Positions 1 through 9,902 of a stretch of DNA of 64,000 nucleotides are shown piece by piece; position 1 is the stretch's first letter, and every line of letters begins with the position of its first letter. Below the pieces are notes generated by a model, which saw nothing but the letters and a program-made list of their open reading frames with translations, was not told the origin of the DNA and ran no database searches. A program made the position numbers and the translations under genes. The DNA comes from Desulfobacterales bacterium (lineage in GTDB: Bacteria > Desulfobacterota > Desulfobacteria > Desulfobacterales > UBA5616). The stretch lies in contig JAWODC010000018.1 in assembly GCA_046483495.1 (NCBI GenBank), positions 35,846 to 99,845 of the forward strand, in the 5' to 3' direction.

Positions 1-2
1 AA

Positions 3-716
3 CTAGACCAGCTTGTCGATCTCAGGTTCAGGAGGGACTATGGCATCGAGGTGATCACCCGTATAGAGGAGGAAGATGCCGCCGAGGGTGTTATAAGCTT
101 TGTAGAAGAGGACGGGATCGATCTGGTTATGATCGGCCAGAAACCCGGCGCAGACCGCAAGGGGCTGTATGGAAAGAAAATCGCCGCACACACCGCCTCC
201 GACATTCTGTTTGTTCCCGAATATACCGAGCCGGAAATCATCACCCGGGCACTGTGCGCCGTCGACTTTTCCGAAGTCTCGGAGGCGGCGTTCGAAATCG
301 CCGTCCGGCTGTTTAAAAAACACCGGGTACATGTTCTTTGCTATGCCGTTCAGGATCCGTCTACCGCGTATTTCCCGGCCACCACTCGAAAGAGCGCCGG
401 TAAAAAGCAGAGTGGTTTGGAGCAGGGCTACCAAAAATTCCTGGAAAAGTGGGATCTGAAGGCAGAGGATTTTCCCTGTCGAATCGAAGCTGCAGACAGC
501 CTGCTCAGCGAGCCGGAAAGGCTCTATGGCTTTGCGGAAGAAAAAGAGGTGCAACTCGTCATCATCGGTGCCAAGGGCGAAACGGAAACGGAAACTTCCC
601 TGCTGGGCAACATCACCGAGACGCTGCGTCGGATGCAGACCCATATCCCGATCATGATCGTCAAGGGCGGCAGAAAAAAGGGCTTTTTAAACTACTTCGG
701 TTCCGGCGACCCGTAG
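3..716 (+). CDS. Universal stress protein (tandem UspA domains), 5'-truncated by the window edge
   Basis: The frame is open from position 3. It has USP-like segments DLVMIG, ALCAVDFSEVS and LVIIGAKG...LLGNITETLRR..PIMIV. Confidence 0.85.
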   Translation, partial: LDQLVDLRFRRDYGIEVITRIEEEDAAEGVISFVEEDGIDLVMIGQKPGADRKGLYGKKIAAHTASDILFVPEYTEPEIITRALCAVDFSEVSEAAFEIAVRLFKKHRVHVLCYAVQDPSTAYFPATTRKSAGKKQSGLEQGYQKFLEKWDLKAEDFPCRIEAADSLLSEPERLYGFAEEKEVQLVIIGAKGETETETSLLGNITETLRRMQTHIPIMIVKGGRKKGFLNYFGSGDP

Positions 717-747
717 GTACAATCTCCGGATCCCGAGAAACAACAGA

Positions 748-1825
748 GGGGACGTTCGTGCTGAAAGTGCTTGACAATCAAAGTCATAAATGCAGGTAAA
801 AACCTATGCCAAGGTTATCCAGATTAGATGCTCATGGGATATTGCACCACGTTATGGGGCGAGGGATCGAGCGAAGAAAAATTTTCTTGAGCGACAGGGA
901 CCGCAACGATTTTATCGAACGCTTATCGGCATTGGTTTACGAAGGTGCGATGGAGGTTTATGCCTGGGTTTTAATGCCGAATCATTTCCATCTGCTGTGT
1001 AAAACAAAAAATCTGCCCTTGGCTTCCAGTATGCGCAGCCTCCTTACGGGATATGTCGTCAATTTCAATAAGCGCCATAATAGAAACGGCCATTTATTTC
1101 AAAACCGTTATAAATCCATTGTCTGTCAGGAGGATGTTTATCTTAAAGAGCTGGTTCGATATATTCACCTCAATCCGGTGCGCGCCGGGCTGGTGGAAGA
1201 TTTCAAGGCGCTGAACCGCAATCCATGGTCCGGGCACTCGGTGCTTTCCGGCGCAGTGAAACGAGATTGGCAGAACACCGGATATGTGCTTTCATGTTTC
1301 GGCGGTTCGGATGATTCGACGAAAAATTATTTGCGATACGTCGAACAAGGAATGGACCAGGGCCGGAGACCGGAATTGGTCGGCGGCGGATTGATACGGA
1401 GCATGGGTGGATGGTCGGAGGTTCTTTCCAGCAGGAGGCGCGGCCGGAAGCAGGCAGCTGACCAGCGGATACTCGGCGACGGCGCGTTTGTCGAGCATAT
1501 CATTTCGGGTCTTGACGACCTTGTGAAAAAGAACTTGAGAGTTTCCAGACAAAGGATGGATATGAACGGACTTGCCGGGAAAGTCGCTGAAAAATACGGC
1601 ATCTCCATCACCGAACTCCGCTCGGGAGGTCGGCGGCAAACTGTGGTTCGGGCACGACAAGCCATGTCATGGCTTTGCGTCAGGGAACTCGGATATTCGG
1701 GGGCTGATGTAGCGAGGTATCTCGGAGTTACGAATTCCTGCGTCACGCGAATACTAGCGAATAAGGAAAAACCGGATATGGACGATATATCCTTGGATTT
1801 GTGAACGTTCTGCACGAACGTCCCC
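748..1825 (+). mobile_element. Putative 1078-bp element: RAYT-type transposase gene bounded by terminal inverted repeats
   Basis: GGGGACGTTCGTGC (748-761) and its exact reverse complement GCACGAACGTCCCC (1812-1825) enclose only the transposase ORF. No target-site duplication is evident. Confidence 0.7.
806..1804 (+). CDS. REP-associated tyrosine transposase (RAYT, Y1/HUH family) with C-terminal helix-turn-helix extension
   Basis: It has MPR...HHVMGRG, the HUH motif LMPNHFHLL, GHLFQNRYKS, the catalytic Tyr region YIHLNPVRAG and PWS. The C-terminal GYSGADVARYLGVTNSCV resembles a DnaA_C-like HTH. Confidence 0.9.
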   Translation: MPRLSRLDAHGILHHVMGRGIERRKIFLSDRDRNDFIERLSALVYEGAMEVYAWVLMPNHFHLLCKTKNLPLASSMRSLLTGYVVNFNKRHNRNGHLFQNRYKSIVCQEDVYLKELVRYIHLNPVRAGLVEDFKALNRNPWSGHSVLSGAVKRDWQNTGYVLSCFGGSDDSTKNYLRYVEQGMDQGRRPELVGGGLIRSMGGWSEVLSSRRRGRKQAADQRILGDGAFVEHIISGLDDLVKKNLRVSRQRMDMNGLAGKVAEKYGISITELRSGGRRQTVVRARQAMSWLCVRELGYSGADVARYLGVTNSCVTRILANKEKPDMDDISLDL

Positions 1826-2094
1826 CATGCTATGCAATTTTCTTGACAATTTTTCTCATCCTGAGATACATTTAGTTTGCAAATTTCAGAAAGTTACAAT
1901 CCGTTATTCGTAAAGATCACTGTCGCATTGTGGCAGGTTTCAATGGACATTAAGAATACATATTCAGCGGTAAGCTTTCCGGATCATTTCTCAAGCACAT
2001 GACCATTCCTCTTCGCCTATCGGTAACTTTTTGAAAAGTCATATTTATTCCACCGCAGCCTTTCTTTATATTGAAAATGAAGGGAGGAAATAAC

Positions 2095-2631
2095 ATGAAC
2101 CGTAAACGATGTTTGTTTCTTTTAACTGTTTTCATCGGAATTTCTATTTTCGTACTACCGGATTATGGGGAATGTCGGCCTGGTGATCGTGAAAAAGATA
2201 AAAGCTATTATAAGCAAGAGGGGTTGAAGCACTTTAAAAAAGGATTTTACGAGCTGACCCCTCGGGGGAAAAAGGACGAGGCAGTGAAACACTATCAACT
2301 CGCTGTCCAAGCCTTTAAACAGGCCCTTGACATCAGAGAAGATAAAGAAATCCGACGCAATCTTGCCAAAATCTACTACGTCCAGGAAAAGTATGCAATG
2401 GCCGCGTCGGAATACGAAAAAGCCTCCAAACTGGATCCATATGATATTGAAAACTATGTTGAACTGGCGCTGAGCTATATGTATCTCGAAAGGTATAACG
2501 AAGCCATCCAAACGTTGGAGACTGCAAGGGCCTGGACTGTCGATGAAGATATTATCGAACGGTTGGATTCCTACATCGAGACGGCAAGAAATGTAAAAGA
2601 TGGAAAGGAGGGACCCGGCAATGGCTTCTAG
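2095..2631 (+). CDS. Exported tetratricopeptide repeat (TPR) protein
   Basis: RBS AGGGAGG precedes ATG 2095. It has a hydrophobic N-terminal signal and TPR-like helices (NLAKIYYVQEKYAMAASEYEKASKLDP; ELALSYMYLERYNEAIQTLE). Confidence 0.8.
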   Translation: MNRKRCLFLLTVFIGISIFVLPDYGECRPGDREKDKSYYKQEGLKHFKKGFYELTPRGKKDEAVKHYQLAVQAFKQALDIREDKEIRRNLAKIYYVQEKYAMAASEYEKASKLDPYDIENYVELALSYMYLERYNEAIQTLETARAWTVDEDIIERLDSYIETARNVKDGKEGPGNGF

Positions 2632-4834
2632 AAAAATCATGGCAATTGTATCCTTTTCTCTTTTCATCTGTTCTTTTTTAAACGTTACCCCCACGCTTTC
2701 GATCGCTTCCCCCGCGGAGTACAGTCCGGATAACGACAGGATTTTCTGGTATATACATGTATCGGATACGCATATTGGAGCCCGGGGCAGTCAGGACAGC
2801 AACAACCTGAAATGGCTCGTTACCACAGCCAAAGATACCGTGAATCCGGAGTTCATCGTGATGTCCGGTGATTTGACGGACTCAACCAACGGGAACTGGT
2901 TTGAATGGCCCAATGGGCCTTACCAGCAAGAATGGGATGAATATAAAAACCTTTTGTCAGGCCATGTAAATCAAACCGACTACTACGATATTCCCGGAAA
3001 TCATGATGCCTATAACGACCGGTATTTTGAATATTATTTAAACAATTCGATTCAGGGGACGGCAACCGGTAAAACCCAAATATCCTGGAACAGAAACTTC
3101 GATTTTGGAACCTATTATTTTATCGGCATCAACACAGCCGGAAACGACGGCCGTTCATTCAGCTTGTCCTACCCTTGGGGAGACTATGCCGGTCTCGATG
3201 CTGATGAGCTTTCTTTCATCGAGCAGGAGCTGGAAAGTGCCGGAACGGCAGAGGCTGTTATCATCTACGGCCATCACGCCCTGAACGATCATGGGGTATA
3301 TGGCGAAACCTATGTTTACTACGGCGCCCAGGATTTCATCAACCTTATGGATTGGTATGGTTCCTCGATGTATGGTTACGGCCATTCCCATGAGCTGCGT
3401 GAAGAGTTCTATTCAGAGGGGATGAACCCGGGATTTTTTTATTTCGATGTATCGTCTTTAGGAAAATCCAGCAACGATCACTTCAATATCACCGCCATTG
3501 ACTGCAACGGCCTTTCAACCGTAACTCAGGCCGTCAACACCTGGCCGGTCGTGCTCATTACCGCACCATTGGACAGGTATCTTGGCGGCGTCGATAATCC
3601 CTATGTTTACGATGTGCCGAATTCGAGCAGCAATCCTATCAGGGCCCTGGTGTTCGATACGGCCGGCATAACGAAGGTCGAATACAGGATAGACGGTGCA
3701 GAAACCTGGCAGAAAATGACTCCGTCTACAGGCCCCAATCAAGGTTTCCTGTGGGAAGGCACGTGGGATGCCTCAAACCTGGCGGAAGGCGATCACACCA
3801 TAGAGGTCATGGCTTCCGGGTCCAGCGAACGAAGCGACTCGATCACGGTCAAAGTGGCCGGTTCCGCTGATTGTACGGATGCAGACGGCGATGGATACTA
3901 TGCAGAAGCGACCGGTTGCTGGCCTGTGGACTGTGATGATACAGACGCCGCCATCAACCCGGGGGCTGTTGAGGTGTGCGACGGCAAAGATAATGACTGT
4001 GACGGAGAGGTGGATGAAGGCGTTCAGAACATCTATTACCAGGATGCGGATGGGGATGGATACGGAGATCCGATGAATAGTATCCAGGACTGCTCAGCCC
4101 CCTCAGGCTATGTCACAGACAACACTGACTGTGATGATACAGACGCCTCCGTCAACCCGGGAGCCGCTGAGGTGTGTGATGACGGCATAGACAATGACTG
4201 TGACGGAGAAGTGGATGAAGGCTGTTCGGTTAACCAGGCGCCTTCATTTACCGCCGATACGATTGATGAAATAGATGCTACAGAAAATATCGATTACAAC
4301 AGTACTCTTGCAGATGATGCCTCGGATCCTGAAGGCGATGCAATGACATTTAGCAAGGTATTCGGTCCAATGTGGCTGACCGTTGCTTCTGATGGCAAAC
4401 TAAGTGGTACGCCTTCCAGCGGCGACGTCGGCAGCAATACATTTTCTGTTCGGGTCGAAGCGACCGGCGGCTATGACACAGCTGATCTGAACATCATGGT
4501 CAAGGCTGCTCAGGCAACGACGACGATGCATGTCGCCGATATCCAGGTTAATAAAGTGGATCTGGGTAAAGGAAAAGCAAAGGCTGAGGCGGTTGTGACG
4601 ATTGTCGATAGTGCGGGACAGCCGGTCGGTAATGCGACAGTAACGGTGTCGTTTACCGGCGCAATTGTCGAAACCCGATCCGGCGTTACCGATGGCGGTG
4701 GCCAGGTTACGATTCAGACACAAAATCAAACGAAACAACCGGCCAAAACAAGGGGTTGTGTGGATGGTGTAACGCATGCATCTTACACTTATCAACCGGA
4801 AGATAATGTAATCACATGCGACAACAGCTGGTAA
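2621..4834 (+). CDS. Secreted calcineurin-like metallophosphoesterase with Ig-like domains and Asp/Cys-rich putative metal-binding repeats
   Basis: Motifs DTH, SGDLTD, PGNHD and GHSH are present. There are two DCDD...NPGAxEVCD.G.DNDCDGEVDEG repeats and a cadherin/Ig-like segment (NQAPSF...DPEGD...LSGTP). RBS AAGGAGG precedes ATG 2621. Confidence 0.85.
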   Translation: MASRKIMAIVSFSLFICSFLNVTPTLSIASPAEYSPDNDRIFWYIHVSDTHIGARGSQDSNNLKWLVTTAKDTVNPEFIVMSGDLTDSTNGNWFEWPNGPYQQEWDEYKNLLSGHVNQTDYYDIPGNHDAYNDRYFEYYLNNSIQGTATGKTQISWNRNFDFGTYYFIGINTAGNDGRSFSLSYPWGDYAGLDADELSFIEQELESAGTAEAVIIYGHHALNDHGVYGETYVYYGAQDFINLMDWYGSSMYGYGHSHELREEFYSEGMNPGFFYFDVSSLGKSSNDHFNITAIDCNGLSTVTQAVNTWPVVLITAPLDRYLGGVDNPYVYDVPNSSSNPIRALVFDTAGITKVEYRIDGAETWQKMTPSTGPNQGFLWEGTWDASNLAEGDHTIEVMASGSSERSDSITVKVAGSADCTDADGDGYYAEATGCWPVDCDDTDAAINPGAVEVCDGKDNDCDGEVDEGVQNIYYQDADGDGYGDPMNSIQDCSAPSGYVTDNTDCDDTDASVNPGAAEVCDDGIDNDCDGEVDEGCSVNQAPSFTADTIDEIDATENIDYNSTLADDASDPEGDAMTFSKVFGPMWLTVASDGKLSGTPSSGDVGSNTFSVRVEATGGYDTADLNIMVKAAQATTTMHVADIQVNKVDLGKGKAKAEAVVTIVDSAGQPVGNATVTVSFTGAIVETRSGVTDGGGQVTIQTQNQTKQPAKTRGCVDGVTHASYTYQPEDNVITCDNSW

Positions 4835-4904
4835 ATGTCCCCGACTCAAAGTAGGTGGAGGGGTATCGATCATTTTTTGGAATCGAATAATCAATGAACC
4901 TTGA

Positions 4905-4951
4905 AAATGGAAAAAGACCGCCGATCGGCTATCGGCGGTCTTTTTCCATTT
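4905..4951. terminator. Perfect 21-bp-stem hairpin, probable (bidirectional) intrinsic terminator
   Basis: AAATGGAAAAAGACCGCCGAT-CGGCT-ATCGGCGGTCTTTTTCCATTT lies downstream of the phosphoesterase gene. Confidence 0.8.
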
Positions 4952-5046
4952 GAGCTTTTAACTTGAAGCCGGTTCGATCCCATGGATCAATAACAAGCAA
5001 GCAAAAGGCGAACAAAAACGGAAAGACTGCAGAAAGGAGGGATCCA

Positions 5047-6288
5047 ATGAAAAAAGCAAAATTGTCCGACATGGGAACCGGTGGAGAAATCCGTGAGCCG
5101 GTGAACCCGGCTGACGGGGTGTGGATGCTGCCCGGGTTCGGCAACACGGGGGTGGTGGAAACGCCGGCAGGCCTCGTGCTGGTGGACGTTCCGGGATACC
5201 GCTGGATCGACGGAATGCTTGGCATGCTCAGACGGATTTCACAGGCTCCGGTTCATACGGTTTTTCTGACCCATGGGCACCTGGACCATGCATTGACCCT
5301 GGAACCGATTTTTCAGGAAGCGCAGGAAAATGGTTATCCCGGCCCCAGGGTAATCGCGCACCGGAACCTGGTCAAACGCTTCAACCGCTACCGCATGCTT
5401 GACGGATATCATGCGCACATCAACCGAATCCAGTTCGCCATACCGGAAGACAGGCCCGCTTTCCCGCTTCCCGGCCGCTATCCGGACACGACGTTCGATC
5501 AGAGCATAAGCCTCTCCGTGGGCGGTCTCGATTTTCATGCTTTCCATGAAATGGGTGAAACCGACGATGCCCTCTGGATCTGGGTTCCTGAAAGAAAAAC
5601 CGTTTTAGCCGGCGATTTGGTCATTATGGGCATGCCCAATGTAGGCAACCCGTTCAAGGTGCAGCGGTTTGCGTTGGAATGGGCACTGGGTCTCGAGGCC
5701 ATTGCAGCCAGGGAACCCGAAATTCTTATTCCCGGCCACAGTCCCTTAATCGAGGGCAAAGAAAAGATCCGGGAAAAGCTTTTGACCGTATCCAGGGCTC
5801 TCCGGTGCTTGCACGACGAGGTGGTGAAGCGCCTGAACGCCGGCATGTGGTATGAGGATATCCTTTATGACGTGGATCTTCCGGATGATCTGAAAGCATC
5901 GGAGCATCTTGCGCCGATTTATGGTTGTCCCCGATTCGTGGTCCACGGCATCCTGCGCCAATACACCGGGTGGTACAACGGCAATCCATCCGACCTGTTC
6001 CCCCCCAGGAGCATCGACATCAAACGGGAGATCGTTTCGCTTGCGGGAAAAGAAGAAATCATAAAGAAGGCATACGAACTCAAAAAAGAGGGAAAACCCG
6101 CCATGGCGCTGCAATTCGTGGACATGGCTCTCGCCGCGCCACCGAAAGCCGATGAAGAAAAGGCGCTTCACCGATTGAAGGGGGAGCTGCTCGGCATGAT
6201 GGGCGACAACGAACCCAGCTATATCGCCCGGAATATCTTTTACAACGGGCATAATGAAGAAATGAAACTTGCCGGAGTGAAGGATTGA
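5047..6288 (+). CDS. Alkyl/aryl-sulfatase-like metallo-beta-lactamase-fold hydrolase (SdsA1/BDS1 family) with dimerization domain
   Basis: It has THGHLDH, GETDD, PNVGNPFKVQR, PGH and the GWYNGNPSDL dimerization-domain motif. RBS AAGGAGG precedes ATG 5047. Confidence 0.8.
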   Translation: MKKAKLSDMGTGGEIREPVNPADGVWMLPGFGNTGVVETPAGLVLVDVPGYRWIDGMLGMLRRISQAPVHTVFLTHGHLDHALTLEPIFQEAQENGYPGPRVIAHRNLVKRFNRYRMLDGYHAHINRIQFAIPEDRPAFPLPGRYPDTTFDQSISLSVGGLDFHAFHEMGETDDALWIWVPERKTVLAGDLVIMGMPNVGNPFKVQRFALEWALGLEAIAAREPEILIPGHSPLIEGKEKIREKLLTVSRALRCLHDEVVKRLNAGMWYEDILYDVDLPDDLKASEHLAPIYGCPRFVVHGILRQYTGWYNGNPSDLFPPRSIDIKREIVSLAGKEEIIKKAYELKKEGKPAMALQFVDMALAAPPKADEEKALHRLKGELLGMMGDNEPSYIARNIFYNGHNEEMKLAGVKD

Positions 6289-6294
6289 AGTTTA

Positions 6295-7767
6295 TCAGGA
6301 TCTCCGATCGGCCCGGTTTGTCAGGTACTGCTGATAATCGGCCAGGTTTTTGGTGACCCTGGCCGCCATTTCCACACTGGGAAAGGTCGCCATATTTTCG
6401 TCGTTGTATCGTTCTTGAGCCGTCTTGACGAATGCTTCACCGCCGAATGCATCTTCCTTTTCGAGAACGAGCATCAACGGCATTTTGAGAATTTCTCTTG
6501 CCTCCAATGTCATGTCGATTATCATGTTTACGGCCTTTCTCCCCCCGAATCGATGAAACAGACCCAATTGCTGTAAAAAAATCAAGGCATCGATATGCGG
6601 GTCGTCTCTCACCAATTCGACGATTTTAAGGAAAACATCATGCTCGAAAAACGCCCTCATGCCCACATCGAGTGGATTTTTTACACTGGTACCCTGGGGT
6701 GAAATCATTTTCTCCAATTCGGAAATGGTGCCTTGCGACAACTGGGGAACCAGCAGCCCTTCCGCCTCGGCAATATCCGTCATGGTGACGCTTCCTCCCC
6801 CGGCGCCGCCGATAATCGCTGCATTCCTCCCGGCCGGCTTTTGAAGCCTCTGAAGGGCCGATAACGTGAGGATGAGTTCGTCCAGCGATTTGACCGAAAT
6901 AATACCGGTTTGTCTGCAAAAGGACTCCCAGACGTTCATGGATCCGGCAATGGCTGCCGTATGCGATTTGGCGGCCCGGGAACCGCCGTCGGTGCGCCCT
7001 CCTTTATAGATGACCAGGGGTTTTTTGACGGTTACATTTGCGGCAAGATTGAAAAAATTCCTTCCGTCTTTAAGGCCCTCCAGATAAGCCCCGATAACGC
7101 TGGTTTTGTCGTCATGGCAGAGATATTCCAGGAATTCACTTGCCGACAAATCGCTGGAATTGCCGAAGCTGACGACCTTGCTGAAACCGAGCCCCTTGGC
7201 CGAGGCTTTGAGAATGAAATTGCCGGCCATCTGGCCGCTTTGCGAAAAAAAAGCCGTCGATCCGGGAGCATAAGGGAAAAACGGTTGAAAGGCCAGGCCG
7301 CCCTCAGGGCAGTACATGCCCATACAGTTGGGGCCCACGACCCGAATTCCGGAACTCCTGGCCAACTGCACCAGTTTTTGTTCGATCGCTGCATATTCTT
7401 CACGCTCGGATTCGCTGAAACCGGCCGTAAACAGATGCACAAATTTCACTTTTTTTTCAACACAGTCTTCCATCACCTGAAGAACGGCCGAAGCAGGAAC
7501 GGTGAAGATGACCAAATCCACACTTCCCGGAATGTCCTTGACGCTTGCATAGGTTTTAAACCCTAATGTATCCTGAGCCTTTGGATGGACCGGATAAATT
7601 TTCCCCATAAAATTCTGATTGATGCTTCCTTTGATATAGTTGCGTCCCTGGTCCATTGGAATCGTATTCACCGAGGGTGAAACCCCTACGACGGCAATGC
7701 TTTGGGGATAAAAGAGTCTGTGCAGTTCAGGATACGATCGGGTATTCATTATGCCGGTAATCTCCAT
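6295..7767 (-). CDS. Acyl-CoA synthetase (NDP-forming), alpha-type CoA-binding subunit
   Basis: It has PQSIAVVG, GPNCMG, SQSG, KGGRTDGGSRAAKSHTAAIAG (phospho-His) and NPLD. No ATP-grasp domain is present. The start may be 7749. Confidence 0.85.
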   Translation of the reverse strand: MEITGIMNTRSYPELHRLFYPQSIAVVGVSPSVNTIPMDQGRNYIKGSINQNFMGKIYPVHPKAQDTLGFKTYASVKDIPGSVDLVIFTVPASAVLQVMEDCVEKKVKFVHLFTAGFSESEREEYAAIEQKLVQLARSSGIRVVGPNCMGMYCPEGGLAFQPFFPYAPGSTAFFSQSGQMAGNFILKASAKGLGFSKVVSFGNSSDLSASEFLEYLCHDDKTSVIGAYLEGLKDGRNFFNLAANVTVKKPLVIYKGGRTDGGSRAAKSHTAAIAGSMNVWESFCRQTGIISVKSLDELILTLSALQRLQKPAGRNAAIIGGAGGGSVTMTDIAEAEGLLVPQLSQGTISELEKMISPQGTSVKNPLDVGMRAFFEHDVFLKIVELVRDDPHIDALIFLQQLGLFHRFGGRKAVNMIIDMTLEAREILKMPLMLVLEKEDAFGGEAFVKTAQERYNDENMATFPSVEMAARVTKNLADYQQYLTNRADRRS

Positions 7768-7770
7768 ATC

Positions 7771-8166
7771 TTAGAATAAGATCAAATCGTTGAAATATTC
7801 CCTGTAAAATCCACGATCCCGGGTCAACAATCGGTCGGCGTGTTTCTTGGCGTGCGAACCGATAAGGAAGTCGGAAAGAATCCTTGACCGTTTTCCACCG
7901 GCATCCCGATATTTTTTCCAATTCATGCCTGCAAGAAAGGCCGTATCGAAGTCGATCGGAACCAGGCGTATGCCAAGGGTCTCCAGTGTCGTGTCGAGGA
8001 GTTTCTTTTCCAAAAACTGCGGGGCCAGTTCCGCATACACAATCGGATTGATAATCAGAGAACCTTCATCATATGCCTGCTCCAACATTTCCCTGGATGG
8101 GTTGCCCCATTTCGGGTCAGGCAAAAACACATCGAGCAGTATGTTGGTGTCCACAAACGTAATCAT
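7771..8166 (-). CDS. vapC: PIN-domain toxin (VapC family)
   Basis: It has FVDTNILLD, VYAEL, DFLIGSHA and LLTRD. It overlaps the upstream antitoxin by 4 nt. Confidence 0.9.
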   Translation of the reverse strand: MITFVDTNILLDVFLPDPKWGNPSREMLEQAYDEGSLIINPIVYAELAPQFLEKKLLDTTLETLGIRLVPIDFDTAFLAGMNWKKYRDAGGKRSRILSDFLIGSHAKKHADRLLTRDRGFYREYFNDLILF

Positions 8167-8378
8167 CGGCCTCTGATAGCCTCGATAAAGTCATCGGTGT
8201 TTTGCTGCCTGTTTAAAATGCCGAATACTTTCCGGACAGGGCTGGTTTTTTGAGACCTCTTTTTTATCAAAACACCATCCTTATCAGGAATAAAGTCAAG
8301 CTCGATATTCGGAAGAAAGCCGTATCTTTCCCGAATACGTTTAGGAATGGTAATTTGCCCTCTTTCTCCGACTTTCAT
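8163..8378 (-). CDS. vapB: AbrB/MazE/SpoVT-family antitoxin
   Basis: MKVGERGQITIPKRIRERYG is the AbrB-fold signature. The 71-aa gene lies directly upstream of the PIN gene. Confidence 0.9.
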   Translation of the reverse strand: MKVGERGQITIPKRIRERYGFLPNIELDFIPDKDGVLIKKRSQKTSPVRKVFGILNRQQNTDDFIEAIRGR

Positions 8379-8467
8379 ACTTCTATCCTCATATTTACAT
8401 ATTTGAAATTACATATATACTGTCACATTTTCCCTGTCAAGCGGATATCAGCTTTCAAACAACGATG

Positions 8468-9220
8468 TTATTGTGAATGCCTCAATATGCGCGCCAGAAA
8501 AGTCCGGGTGCGCTCGTGCCGGGGGGCGTCGAAAATGCGACCGGCAGGGCCCTGTTCCACGATCCGACCTTCGTCGATGAAGATGACCCGATCCGCCACT
8601 TCACGGACAAATTCCATTTCATGGGAAACGATGATCATGGTCATCCCCTCGTCGGCAAGTTCCCGCATGACATCCAGCACCTCCCCGACCATCTCGGGGT
8701 CCAGGGCGGAAGTCGGCTCGTCAAAGAGCATGAGCCGCGGTTCCATAATCAACGCCCGGGCGATGGCCACCCGCTGCTGCTGCCCCCCGGATAGCCGGCC
8801 GGGATATTTATGCGCCTGATCGGCGATGCCCACCCGCTCCAGAAGTTTCAGCGCCCGCGATTCCGCCTCTCGGCGCGGCAGCCTTTTGACCTTTCGCGGC
8901 GCAAGAACGAGATTGTCGATCACACTGCGATGGGGGAACAGGTTGAAATGCTGAAATACCATGCCCACTTCCCGCCGGATGGCATTCAAGGCCCGGCGGT
9001 TTTTACCGTGCGGTGTTTGCCGATGATCGCCGACGATGATCGTACCCGCCTGAAAATCTTCCAATCCGTTAATGCACCGAAGGAGGGTGGATTTTCCGGA
9101 CCCGCTGGCGCCGATGACCACCACGACTTCACCCCTATTAACGGTCAAATCTATCCGGTCGAGCGCCGGGCGGCGGCCGAACCGTTTTTCCACGTTGTCG
9201 ATCCGCACGATTTCACTCAT
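8468..9220 (-). CDS. Polar amino acid ABC transporter ATP-binding protein (GlnQ-like)
   Basis: It has Walker [24 protein letters not shown] and [11 protein letters not shown]. Confidence 0.95.
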   Translation of the reverse strand: MSEIVRIDNVEKRFGRRPALDRIDLTVNRGEVVVVIGASGSGKSTLLRCINGLEDFQAGTIIVGDHRQTPHGKNRRALNAIRREVGMVFQHFNLFPHRSVIDNLVLAPRKVKRLPRREAESRALKLLERVGIADQAHKYPGRLSGGQQQRVAIARALIMEPRLMLFDEPTSALDPEMVGEVLDVMRELADEGMTMIIVSHEMEFVREVADRVIFIDEGRIVEQGPAGRIFDAPRHERTRTFLARILRHSQ

Positions 9221-9891
9221 GAGCCGTCCGCCAGTCCTCTGCGTTCGATATACCGCAATATCATCGCCAAACTCAGGGTAATGGCCAGATAAAGCAAAGC
9301 GATCATCAAATAGACTTCAAAGGCGGTGAAGGTCGTGGCGATGTAGATTTGTCCCTGACGCACCAATTCCCCCACGCCGATTACGGAAAAAAGCGAGGTG
9401 TCCTTGATGCTCACAATGGCCTGGTTTCCAAGAGCCGGAATCATGCGCTTCAGGGATTGAGGCCAAACGATATAATAAAAGGTCTGAACCTGCGACAGCC
9501 CCAGCGAAAGTCCCGCCTCGGTCTGCCCACGATCGATGGACGCCACGCCGCCGCGGACGATTTCTGAAATGTAAGCCCCGGAATTGAGGGCGATGGCCGC
9601 CACCCCGGCGGTAACCGGTTCGACAGGGCTGCCGAGCAGATCCGGCAGCCCGTAATAAATGAAGAGCACCTGCACCAAAACGGGCGTACCGCGGAACACT
9701 TCAATGTAAAAAACCGCCGGCCCGCTCACCAGGCGGAATCGACTCAACCTGAGCAGCCCGAAAAAAAGACCGATACCAAATCCCAGCACCAATCCGCCGC
9801 CGGAAATGGCCAGCGTGTATGGGACCCCCTTCAGCAGAAAATGTAGCGAATCCAGCGCCGCCTGCCAATTGAATTCGAAGCCGCCGGCCAT
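9217..9891 (-). CDS. Polar amino acid ABC transporter permease (GlnP-like)
   Basis: It has [19 protein letters not shown]...GQTEAG and IKDTSL. Confidence 0.95.
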   Translation of the reverse strand: MAGGFEFNWQAALDSLHFLLKGVPYTLAISGGGLVLGFGIGLFFGLLRLSRFRLVSGPAVFYIEVFRGTPVLVQVLFIYYGLPDLLGSPVEPVTAGVAAIALNSGAYISEIVRGGVASIDRGQTEAGLSLGLSQVQTFYYIVWPQSLKRMIPALGNQAIVSIKDTSLFSVIGVGELVRQGQIYIATTFTAFEVYLMIALLYLAITLSLAMILRYIERRGLADGS

Positions 9892-9902
9892 TCACCAAAG
9901 TC

